In this document: in pieces, positions 37,453 through 45,735 of the stretch | Position numbering within the stretch: the stretch's first letter is position 1 | Layout of the letters: every line of letters starts with the position of its first letter | DNA from: Bryobacteraceae bacterium | Lineage (GTDB): Bacteria; Acidobacteriota; Terriglobia; Bryobacterales; Bryobacteraceae | Assembly: GCA_049520275.1 (NCBI GenBank) | Contig: JBEKPY010000032.1 | Location: 26,277 to 90,276, forward strand | DNA length: 64,000 bases | Direction of reading: 5' to 3' | Translations under genes and position numbers: made by a program | The notes under the pieces: model-generated | Told to the model about the DNA's origin: nothing | Database searches by the model: none | The model's input: only the letters and a program-made list of their open reading frames with translations

Positions 37453-40400
37453 TCAGTCGGTGCCAGCCTTCGGCGCCGGCGGCGCTTTTTGCCTGGGCTC
37501 GGCCGCCGTTTTTCGTTTCTGAGACAGCCGGTAACGCGCGAGGAGCTCCTCGCGATTCTGGCGAAGGTCCATTCCGGACGGCGCGGCGGGATAAGGCTTG
37601 TCGCCCATCATCCCTTTCCACAGAATGCTGTTAAAGAGCGCGGGATCGACGCGATCCGCGTCCGAGAAGTCCATTCCCCTGGTGACTCGCGCCCAGTACT
37701 TCGCGTCGTGCGCCGGCTTCGGCGCCACCATGCCGGTGGGAGCGGGGGGCAGCGGCAGGGACGTATTGTAGAGAATCGGCGCGGGAGCGGGAGTAAAGCT
37801 CCACGGGCTTGGCGTGGTGTTAAAGATGTCGGCCATGGGCGCGGCGAGCGCGTCGTTCAGATTCATCGGCGGGAGGCCCAGAACCTCTTCGATGGTGCGC
37901 AGGAAGTTGATCGTATTGTACGGAGTGGAGACCAGTGCGCCTTGTTTCACCCAGGCGCCCGCCACGAATGCGATGCTGCGGTGCGAATCGACGTGGTCGC
38001 CGCCATCCTGCGCGTCGTCTTCAACTATGAAGATCAGCGTGCTGTTCGCGTACACGCTGCTGGCGATCTTTTGAACCAGCAGGCCCACCGCATAATCGTT
38101 GTCGGCCACCTCCAGATCCGGCGTATTCACGCCGTCAATCGCCCCCGGGCCTCCGGACCCGGTGGTGTAGTTTCCGGTGTGATCGTGCATCAGGCGAACC
38201 AGGGTCAGCGCCGGCAGATCCTCCGTGCTGCGTCCGGCGTGGTGGCCGTTGACATATCGGGCGTCGAAATCCCGCACCCATTCGGTGTAGCGCCAGTAAT
38301 CCGGAAGCGCGTTGTCGAAGCCGCGGAAGTACGGGTCGGTGAACGGGGCGAGGTCGGCATTCGCGGGAAAAGCCACCTGCGTGCGGGTTGCGAACGGATC
38401 GCGCAACACGGGTATGGCGTACCTGGACAGTGTGGGAGGCAGTTGATAGCGGGTTCCGTCCACAAAGAAGCCATAGTTGCGGACCCTGAGCCCCGCCCGC
38501 AGCGCGGCGTTCCATAAATAGCCGGTATTGATTTCGTTCTCCGGCCCATCCGGCGCGGACACATTGGTCTGGCCCGCCAGCGCATCCGGATCCTGTGGGG
38601 TCAGAGGATTGGCGGCCAGCCGCCCGGCAAGGGTGGGAATGGCCACGTTCACGTTGCGGTTCAGACCATCGGAATCCAGACTGGTGCCGCGGAGCGCGTA
38701 CGCCACCGGGTACTGGCGTTCCACCACGTCGGGGGCCTGCGCGGAGGTGCTCCACAGCCAGCCGTCATAGCTGACTTCGGCGGTGTCCAGGAAGTTGTCG
38801 AGGGTGACGAAGCTTCGCGCCAGGTTATGGAGATTCGGAGTGATGGCCTCTCCAAACTCGGTCAGATCGGGATCGCCATTGCCGATTCCGAGATCTCCCA
38901 AAACCTGGTCGTACGTCCGGTTTTCCTTGATGATGAAGATGACGTGTTTGACGCCTGCGCGCACGGCCGCCATCACCGCGGCGTCGCTGGCGCTCTCGGT
39001 GCCGGCGAAGTGGTTGTTCGCGGCCACCTGCTGGGTCAGCGTCGCCAGTTGCGCCGGTTCGGGGAGCGGGAAGCTCTGCAGACCGGCTTTGGTCAACTGA
39101 GGATTGTATTGATTCGATTCCATGCAGGTTTTCGACAACGGCGGCCCGTAGCCGCCATAGCAGAAGCCGGGATTCGGTCCCGTCGGCGACTTCCCATTGG
39201 CCGCGTACACGGATGCCGGGCTGAGCGGGCTGGCGCCGCCGGCGTGCACCACGCTCACTGAGTTCGGGTACCAGCCGGTGGGAATAAGACCAACTACATG
39301 GTCGCCGCTGTTGGTTCCGCCCAGCGCCACCACCGCGATACAGTTCAGGTTGCCATTGGTCACGTAGAGTTGCTTCTCGTCCGGCTCCGAGAGCGTTACG
39401 CTGTTGGGGTTCGCGCCCTTGTACTGCGCCACCGGCGAGGGCACTACCGACGCGACTACCGGGATCGTCTCGACGACCGCGTTCTTCACGGTGTCGATGA
39501 CGTCAACGGTATCCGATTGGTCTTCGGCGACATACAGGAAAGTCTGGGCGGCGTTCAGCGTCATCCTGTTCGGTTGTCCGGTCACGTGGATCCGGGCCGC
39601 CACCGCTGGCGTGCCACCCAGATTAACGACGTCGATCTCGCGGTCGCGAATGCTGGATACGTACGCTGTCGCGCTCTGTCCTTTACCCTTCACAGCCACC
39701 CAGAACGGGTATTCGCCGCCCGGAACTCCTTGCTGCGGGTTGCTCGCGCTCTTGCCGGGGCGCAGGTCGAGTTCCGCCTGCTTCAACCAGGCGCCGTAGC
39801 CTCCGGTGAATACCGTGATCGAGTCGTTGTAGTAATTCACGACTACCAGCGTCTGGCCATCGCTCGAAATAGCCACGCCGGCGGCGCAGGCCGACACGCT
39901 AAGTCCCACGCCCCCCGCGCTGTGGCCCAGAGGAAGCGGAGAACTCGGGTCCTCCGCCCAGGTTGCCGGGGCGCTCGGGGTGGCGGGGCTCAGCGAATAA
40001 ATGTGAAGGTTGTCGTTGGGGCCGCCGGCCACATAAAAATGTGTGCCGGACGGATCGAAGACAATCCCGTTGTAAGTATTTGGAACCTGCAACACCTGCG
40101 TCTGGGTTGGAGTCAGATTCGAGATGTCGTAGATGAACACGTACTCATTCGAGTCCGGGGGATGCCATGGCGGCGTTGCTGCCGATGTCACCGCCGGCAC
40201 GGTGTCGGTGTTATAAACGCGATTGAACCCGCTGGTCAGGACCAGCAGGGTCTTGCCGTTTGGACTCACCACGGTGCTGACCGCCTGTCCGGCCAGCCAG
40301 TCGGGCTTGTCGGCCAGGCCGGGGTTCAACGGTTGGAACGCCGACCCTGTGGGCGCCAGCGGCGTGATCTGCTGGCCCATATTGGGCAGGAACTGGGGGC

Positions 40401-40494
40401 TGGGCTGGGCCTGGGCCAGCACGCCCGAGATGACCAGCGCAAGCGTCGGACCGGCCGCTCGAAACGAGAAACGCCGATAAGCTTCCTTTGTCAT
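37453..40494 (-). CDS. Secreted bifunctional-architecture protein: N-terminal YVTN-type beta-propeller + C-terminal phosphoesterase family (phospholipase C/AcpA acid-phosphatase-like)
   Basis: 1013 aa; signal peptide; repeated propeller blades (LYVTNGNLN, FLYVAEDQSDTVDVID); phosphoesterase signature VKHVIFIIKENRTYDQVLG and DDAQDGGDHVDSHRS. RBS AAGGAG before the ATG at 40494. Confidence 0.75.
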   Translation of the reverse strand: MTKEAYRRFSFRAAGPTLALVISGVLAQAQPSPQFLPNMGQQITPLAPTGSAFQPLNPGLADKPDWLAGQAVSTVVSPNGKTLLVLTSGFNRVYNTDTVPAVTSAATPPWHPPDSNEYVFIYDISNLTPTQTQVLQVPNTYNGIVFDPSGTHFYVAGGPNDNLHIYSLSPATPSAPATWAEDPSSPLPLGHSAGGVGLSVSACAAGVAISSDGQTLVVVNYYNDSITVFTGGYGAWLKQAELDLRPGKSASNPQQGVPGGEYPFWVAVKGKGQSATAYVSSIRDREIDVVNLGGTPAVAARIHVTGQPNRMTLNAAQTFLYVAEDQSDTVDVIDTVKNAVVETIPVVASVVPSPVAQYKGANPNSVTLSEPDEKQLYVTNGNLNCIAVVALGGTNSGDHVVGLIPTGWYPNSVSVVHAGGASPLSPASVYAANGKSPTGPNPGFCYGGYGPPLSKTCMESNQYNPQLTKAGLQSFPLPEPAQLATLTQQVAANNHFAGTESASDAAVMAAVRAGVKHVIFIIKENRTYDQVLGDLGIGNGDPDLTEFGEAITPNLHNLARSFVTLDNFLDTAEVSYDGWLWSTSAQAPDVVERQYPVAYALRGTSLDSDGLNRNVNVAIPTLAGRLAANPLTPQDPDALAGQTNVSAPDGPENEINTGYLWNAALRAGLRVRNYGFFVDGTRYQLPPTLSRYAIPVLRDPFATRTQVAFPANADLAPFTDPYFRGFDNALPDYWRYTEWVRDFDARYVNGHHAGRSTEDLPALTLVRLMHDHTGNYTTGSGGPGAIDGVNTPDLEVADNDYAVGLLVQKIASSVYANSTLIFIVEDDAQDGGDHVDSHRSIAFVAGAWVKQGALVSTPYNTINFLRTIEEVLGLPPMNLNDALAAPMADIFNTTPSPWSFTPAPAPILYNTSLPLPPAPTGMVAPKPAHDAKYWARVTRGMDFSDADRVDPALFNSILWKGMMGDKPYPAAPSGMDLRQNREELLARYRLSQKRKTAAEPRQKAPPAPKAGTD

Positions 40495-40584
40495 TGCTGA
40501 GGCTCCTTATGGGTGGCGGAGTTCTGTGCAGCGGTTACACTGGCTGATCCCGCCCTGGTGGGTTGGACCTGGCTGGGCCGGAGA

Positions 40585-40628
40585 CCCAGCACGGTGTCTG
40601 GGGACCGCTTCAAGTAGAGTTATCGGCC
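40585..40628. promoter_or_regulatory. Conserved ~40-nt upstream motif, copy 1 (~100 nt upstream of the YVTN/phosphoesterase gene)
   Basis: cagcacggtgtctggggaccgcttcaagtagagttatcggc. Copy 2 matches at 43596..43636 with 34/41 identities, including an invariant CTTCAAGTAGAG-TATCGGC core. Confidence 0.45.
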
Positions 40629-40759
40629 TGGTCCTCTGGTACCAGTACCTCGGCCCCGTAGAATTCTCAAAGAACAAGAACGACGTTGCCGGAGGGCGTC
40701 ACATTAGCGTTGCCGAGGTCCAGGAATGGCAGCGCGGAGAAAGCCCGGAAAGACAAAAG

Positions 40760-42073
40760 TCAGTTCATCAGGTCGGCGGAGTGCGGGTCAATCGCCTGGT
40801 TCGCCAGCTTTACGAAAGTCCCAAGGGGGCAGTCGAAAGTCGCATTGCCGGCGCTGCAACCGGGGATGAAGACCGGGGCGCTGGGCGGCGGCGCAGCGAG
40901 GGTCAGGGGCGTGAGATTGCGCAACTGGTCCAGAGTCTGCCCGACGTAAGAGGCCCGGACGATGTACTCGCCAGTGTTTTGGGACTGACGGAGTTGGAGC
41001 ACGAGAGCGCCGCCCGGAGAGCAGAAGTCTTTCTGATATCCCGGCAGAAGCCAGTCGAGGTGGAACAGGCCGGCTAATCCGGTGATGTCGGTGTCCGAAG
41101 CGATCAGCACGATCACTTTCGTCGACGGATTCCCCAGCGAGCCCGTCAGCGTATTCCCGGTGGCTGACTGGACCATGGATCGAACGATGTGCGAAGCCAG
41201 ATTGGAACTCTGCACTCTATCCAGATAGGGCGTGCGGAACTCCAGATCGAGGACCAGGTTAGGAACGCGAGAGGTCTGGCTAACGCCGTCGGCAGTCAAC
41301 TGGCCCCACCCGGCCGGCAGCCCATCGGCGTACTCCATAAGGAAAGGATCGATGGCCAGGGCAACGTCGGTCAGCCCTCCGAGGTCGACCGGTGCGCCGC
41401 CCGTCCCGGCTGTGACGGCAAATGGAATCGCGGTGACGTCGAACTGATTTGCCGGGGCTGCGGGCGCCGGAGTCTCGCTCGCGGGATAATTCAACAGGAC
41501 CGAGCGCGTGAGGGCGATTTCCGGGGCCCAGGCGGAGGCCAGCAGTTGCAGATTGCCGCCGACACGACCGTTCACGGCCGCAATCGCCATCCGCGAATCC
41601 AGCAGCGCGACGCCGGCGCCCACCGGATTGAACAACGGATCGATGGCCGTCGTCGGGGTCAGGGATTGGACGTTGGCCGGGGCCGCCGGGAGAAAGCCCG
41701 CCCAGAAGTGTTGCGCGGAGTCAACGGTCCGCTGGATCGCGTTGGCATGAAAGAAAACGAAGCTGGCGTCGGCGGAGTCGTTGCCGGTCAGCAGTCCTTC
41801 ATCAGTGAGCCAGAGACGGTAGTAGCCGCCGAGGATGGTCTCCAGTTTCTCACCGTTGGGGGTCAGAATGCCCGGTAGAGGGCCGACGCCGAAATCCGGG
41901 TAGTCTTGCACGGAGAAGGTGTTGAGGACGCCGGATGGCGCGACCGGAGACCGCACGTTATGACGGCCGAAAACGATCACCTGCTTGAGCTGGGTGTCAT
42001 CGACGGGCTGAGCTGCCAGCCCGAAGACGCAGACAAGAACGGGAAGGAAGAGCCGAAGGGAATGGATTGTCAT
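40760..42073 (-). CDS. Histidine acid phosphatase (branch 2, phytase/AppA-Agp-like), secreted
   Basis: 437 aa; signal peptide; RHG motif VIVFGRHNVRSP; C-terminal Cys pattern PGCSAGNATFDCPLG. Translationally coupled to the upstream paralogue. Confidence 0.75.
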   Translation of the reverse strand: MTIHSLRLFLPVLVCVFGLAAQPVDDTQLKQVIVFGRHNVRSPVAPSGVLNTFSVQDYPDFGVGPLPGILTPNGEKLETILGGYYRLWLTDEGLLTGNDSADASFVFFHANAIQRTVDSAQHFWAGFLPAAPANVQSLTPTTAIDPLFNPVGAGVALLDSRMAIAAVNGRVGGNLQLLASAWAPEIALTRSVLLNYPASETPAPAAPANQFDVTAIPFAVTAGTGGAPVDLGGLTDVALAIDPFLMEYADGLPAGWGQLTADGVSQTSRVPNLVLDLEFRTPYLDRVQSSNLASHIVRSMVQSATGNTLTGSLGNPSTKVIVLIASDTDITGLAGLFHLDWLLPGYQKDFCSPGGALVLQLRQSQNTGEYIVRASYVGQTLDQLRNLTPLTLAAPPPSAPVFIPGCSAGNATFDCPLGTFVKLANQAIDPHSADLMN

Positions 42074-42075
42074 AC

Positions 42076-43500
42076 TTAGTTCACCAGGTCGGCGGATTGC
42101 GGGTCGATTACGTGGTTCGCTATCGTCACGAAGGTCCCGAGGGGACAGTCGAAGTTGGCATTATCGACGCTGCAACCGGGGATGAACACCGGGGCGCTGG
42201 GCGGCGGCGCAGCGAGCGTCAGGGCGGTCTGATTGCGTAGCTGGTCGAGCGTCTGAGAGACGTAGGAGGCGCGGACGATATACTCCCCGGTGCTCTGCGA
42301 CTGGCGGAGCTCGAACACCAACGCGCCGCCCGGACCGCAGACGTCGGCTTCGTAACCCGGCAGAAGCCAGTCGAGATGGAACAGGCCGGCGAGTCCGGTG
42401 ATATTGGTGTTCGAACCCGTTAGTACGATCGCTTTGGTCGCCGGACTTCCCAGCGCGCCTTTCATCGCATTCCCGGTGGCCGCCTGAACCATGGAGCGCA
42501 CTATGTGGGAGGCCACATTCGAACTCTGCACTCGGGCCAGATAGGGGGTGCGGTATTCCAGATCGAGGATGACGTTGTACAAGCGGAAGGTCTGGTTGAT
42601 ACTGCCAACGGTCAACTGGCCCCAACCGGCCTCCGCAGCCGGCAGTCCATCCGCGTACTCCATGACGAAAGGATCGATAGCGCCGCCAACATCGGCCAGC
42701 CCTCCAAGGTCCACCGGCAAAGTGGTGCTTCCGGCCGCAACGCCGATGGGAATGGAGGTGACGTCGATCCTGCCTGTCGGGGTCGCCGGGACCGGAGTCT
42801 GGCTGACGGGATAGTTGAACAAAATGGAGCGCGTGAGGGCGAGTTCGGGCGCCCAGGCGGAGGCCAGGGACTGTGGATTAGCGCCGAGGCGTCCGTTCAC
42901 GGCCGCGACCGCCCTGCGGTAATCGAGCAGCGCGACTCCCGCGTCCACCGGATCGAACAGCGGGTCGATGGCCGGTGGGCTGTAGGAATTGACGTTTACA
43001 GTGGCCGCCGGGAGCATGCCGGCCGCGAAGGCTTGCGCGGTGCCAACAATGAGCGGAGTCCCATTGGCCCGGAGGTATACGAAGGCGGCATCGGCTGCGT
43101 CATTACCGGTCAGCAGTCCCTCCTGGGTGAGCCACAGTCGGAAATACCCGCCGAGGATAGTCTCATCCGTGCCACCGTTGTGGGTGAGGACGCTGATACC
43201 CGGCTCGAGGAACGCCGGGTAGGGCAGCGCGGAGAAGGCGTCGAGGGCGGTGTTCGGCAAAATAGGAGTCCGCACACCATGACGGCCGAAGATAATAACC
43301 TGCTTGAGCTGGGTATCGTCTGCGGGCCGCGCCGTGGGGTTGGACAAGCGTGGCTCGCCGGTGAGCGTGGGGCTCAGCGGCGTAGTCGCTGGGCCCATAT
43401 TGAGCGCGGGTTGTGCGTAGGCCGCCGCGCCGGCGATAATTAACGCAAGCGTCAGGCCCGCCGATGAGAGCGGAAAACGCTCGCAAACTTTTTCTGCCAT
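42076..43500 (-). CDS. Histidine acid phosphatase paralogue, secreted
   Basis: Track ORF 42076..43641. Likely start ATG 43500 (MAEKVCERFPLSSAGLTLALIIAGAAAYA), preceded by AGGAGA. RHG motif VIIFGRHGVRTP. About 55 % identical to the downstream paralogue, including the C-terminal Cys motif. Confidence 0.75.
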   Translation of the reverse strand: MAEKVCERFPLSSAGLTLALIIAGAAAYAQPALNMGPATTPLSPTLTGEPRLSNPTARPADDTQLKQVIIFGRHGVRTPILPNTALDAFSALPYPAFLEPGISVLTHNGGTDETILGGYFRLWLTQEGLLTGNDAADAAFVYLRANGTPLIVGTAQAFAAGMLPAATVNVNSYSPPAIDPLFDPVDAGVALLDYRRAVAAVNGRLGANPQSLASAWAPELALTRSILFNYPVSQTPVPATPTGRIDVTSIPIGVAAGSTTLPVDLGGLADVGGAIDPFVMEYADGLPAAEAGWGQLTVGSINQTFRLYNVILDLEYRTPYLARVQSSNVASHIVRSMVQAATGNAMKGALGSPATKAIVLTGSNTNITGLAGLFHLDWLLPGYEADVCGPGGALVFELRQSQSTGEYIVRASYVSQTLDQLRNQTALTLAAPPPSAPVFIPGCSVDNANFDCPLGTFVTIANHVIDPQSADLVN

Positions 43501-43595
43501 TTGCGGGAGTCTCCTTAGTCTGTGAAGTCCTGCGTGCGGCGGTTGCCCGGGGTCAATCTGAAGCGAAGCGATCGGCTTTCGACAGATGACGGAAG

Positions 43596-43636
43596 CCAGA
43601 GCGGTCCCAGGGGCCGCCTCAAGTAGAGCTATCGGC
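43596..43636. promoter_or_regulatory. Conserved upstream motif, copy 2 (~100 nt upstream of the tandem acid-phosphatase operon)
   Basis: ccagagcggtcccaggggccgcctcaagtagagctatcggc; see copy 1. Confidence 0.45.
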
Positions 43637-43861
43637 TTCATGCATTCGCACCATTACACCGGGGCGCCAGCCGAAGGCGGCATGATCGGGAAGCACCGGT
43701 GGCGCTATTGGCGGCCACACCCAATCAAACGGGGTCAACCTGCCGCGCGTGCCGGTGAAGATGCCGGATGGCGCCATCGAGCGGCGGATCAGGTCCTCGA
43801 TCGATCCTCGCTGAGATGCTTGATTAGCGATCTTCGACGAATGGCTCGCACGACGCCACCC

Positions 43862-44004
43862 TCGCTAGAGCCAATACTGTTCAGTTTGCGCGGGAGGGAC
43901 ACGCGGCGCAAGCCGCGTTCGTTCGGTGCTGTGCAAAAACGCGGCTTGCGCCGCGTGTCCGATTGGCGGACGAAGGCCAAAGTGAACAGTATTGGTCGCT
44001 AGAG
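43862..44004. mobile_element. MITE-like nested palindromic element: 9-bp direct repeats (TCGCTAGAG) flanking 13-bp terminal inverted repeats (CCAATACTGTTCA / TGAACAGTATTGG) around a perfect 23-bp-arm inner palindrome; the inner hairpin is an intrinsic terminator
   Basis: DR 43862-43870 and 43996-44004; TIR 43871-43883 and 43983-43995; inner arms 43897-43919 and 43938-43960 (GGACACGCGGCGCAAGCCGCGTT). On the minus strand this reads CGCGGC-GCAA-GCCGCG followed by TTTTT, right after the secretin stop (TAG at 43999-44001, inside the right DR). Confidence 0.5.
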
Positions 44005-45678
44005 CAGCGAGATCGGCTTTGTTTCCGTGCCCGTCAGGAGCGCGGGCGTGGGGAGATCGGTGGGCGGAAGGTTCAACAGCCGCGGCTTGATCACCAGCAG
44101 CGCGCCGGCGCGGTCGGTGTTGCGCGTGTTGTTCCCGAGCAGCCGGCCCAGCACCGGCACGTTCGCGAGGCCGGCGATGCCGCTGAAACTGGCCGCGTCG
44201 GTCCTGCTTATCAGCCCCGTGAGCACCGCCCATTCGCCCTCGTGAAGACGGACGGTGGATTGGAATTTCCGGTTGTTGATTGCCGGTATGCCGCTGGGCT
44301 GCACCGCCCCGAGCAGTGTGTAGGAGGCCTCCACCTCCAGGGTCACCTCTTCTGTTCCGTGAATATGCGGGGTGATTTTCAGCTCGAAGCCGAGATCCTG
44401 GAACTGAATGGTGGGCGGAGGCACATAGGACGCGGCCGCCGTACCGGTGCCGGACGCCGAGGTGGTGAAGGTACTGCTGATCAGCGGATACTTGCTGCCC
44501 ACGTGCAACAACGCAGGCTGGCCCTGGGACGCCGTCAGATGCGCCCGGTACACGGTGCTGGTAATGGCCTTTGTCACGGTGGCAAACAGGTTCGCCTGGG
44601 CAATGCCGATCCCGAGGATGGTGGCGCCGCCGCCAAACGTGAGGAAACTGGAGAAGCCGGACGGAATCGCGGTCGTGGCCACGTAATTCGCGATCGTCCC
44701 GAAGTCGATCAGGGGGAACGAAGACGGCAGCCCCGCGCCCCACTGGAGCGAATCCGAGTCGTCAATGTCCAGCAATTCCACTTCGAGGTCCACCTGCGGG
44801 TGAGCCCGCAGCAGGCTTTCCAGCAGGGCCTGGGCCGGGCGAACCTTGGAGATCTGATCGCGCAGCAGCACCATGCGGTTCGTGGTGTCCACCATCACGC
44901 GCTGGATGTCCATGGTGGAGCGCACGGCGTTGACCATTTCCTGAAGTTCCTGGGTGTTGACCGTCTCCGGGATGGGAATAGTCACCGAGACGGTTCGTTC
45001 GAACTCCTTGCGCTTGGCGGGAGTGTCGGCGGCGACAAAGACCAGCCGGTCGCCCACGGGGATGACAAACGTCCCGGTGGCGTCTTCCAGAGCGCGCAGC
45101 GCAGTCCGGTAGTCCACCTGTTGCATCTGGAACCGGGTAGGGGGAGACGGAGAGTACTCCGAGTCGAACACCACGAGCAGGCCAAAGGCCTTCGCCACCT
45201 GCTCAAACAGAGACTTGCCGTCGCCCCGGACATCGAAGTCCCGTAGGGCCGGTGTGGCTTTTAGTTCGGTGGGAGGCAGGGGTTTGCGGGCTTCGGCGGC
45301 GTCACTGGCGGTGAGTTCGCCAAACAGGCTGTCATCGAGACCGGCATCCGGTTTGGCCTCCTTCCCGATAGCGTCGGCTTTGTCTTTCAGGCCGGGGTCC
45401 AGTTTGGCGACGGATTCGAAATCGCGTATTCGCAGAGCGTACGCCGGATTGGCTGGGTCCAGTGCATATGCATGTGAATAAAGGACATAGGCGCGAGCTA
45501 CATCGCCTTTTCGCTCGGCCTTCGCGGCTGCCCGGGCCAGTTGGGAGGCGGCCTCGCTGGCGTCGCTGGCGGCCGCGAAACATCCCGCAAAACAGGCCGC
45601 AAACACGACCAGGGCAATGCAAGGGCGAAACCCCACAACAGGCATGACGGCGCCCGGAGCCGGAACGTGGACAAGCAA
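43999..45678 (-). CDS. Secretin-family outer-membrane protein (GspD/PilQ/CpaC-like) with N-terminal TPR-like region
   Basis: 559 aa; C-terminal secretin block (GEWAVLTGLISRTDAASFSGIAGLANVPVLGRLLGNNTRNTDRAGALLVIKPRLL); hydrophobic N-terminus with Cys (possible lipobox). An internal start at 45645 (MPVVGF...) is also possible. Confidence 0.7.
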   Translation of the reverse strand: MLVHVPAPGAVMPVVGFRPCIALVVFAACFAGCFAAASDASEAASQLARAAAKAERKGDVARAYVLYSHAYALDPANPAYALRIRDFESVAKLDPGLKDKADAIGKEAKPDAGLDDSLFGELTASDAAEARKPLPPTELKATPALRDFDVRGDGKSLFEQVAKAFGLLVVFDSEYSPSPPTRFQMQQVDYRTALRALEDATGTFVIPVGDRLVFVAADTPAKRKEFERTVSVTIPIPETVNTQELQEMVNAVRSTMDIQRVMVDTTNRMVLLRDQISKVRPAQALLESLLRAHPQVDLEVELLDIDDSDSLQWGAGLPSSFPLIDFGTIANYVATTAIPSGFSSFLTFGGGATILGIGIAQANLFATVTKAITSTVYRAHLTASQGQPALLHVGSKYPLISSTFTTSASGTGTAAASYVPPPTIQFQDLGFELKITPHIHGTEEVTLEVEASYTLLGAVQPSGIPAINNRKFQSTVRLHEGEWAVLTGLISRTDAASFSGIAGLANVPVLGRLLGNNTRNTDRAGALLVIKPRLLNLPPTDLPTPALLTGTETKPISLL

Positions 45679-45735
45679 GTGACCGCGGGATGTGTATAAA
45701 CAATCTGTCGCAAGGAGCCGATGTAAAGCTCAGGC

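Noticed and set aside
37489-40500. Plus-strand ORFs 37489..38517 and 39298..40500
   Set aside because: Antisense to the YVTN/phosphoesterase gene.
40495-40760. Possible Pho box in the phosphatase promoter regions
   Set aside because: No CTGTCAT-type direct repeats found; the conserved element present is a different sequence, reported instead as an unclassified motif.
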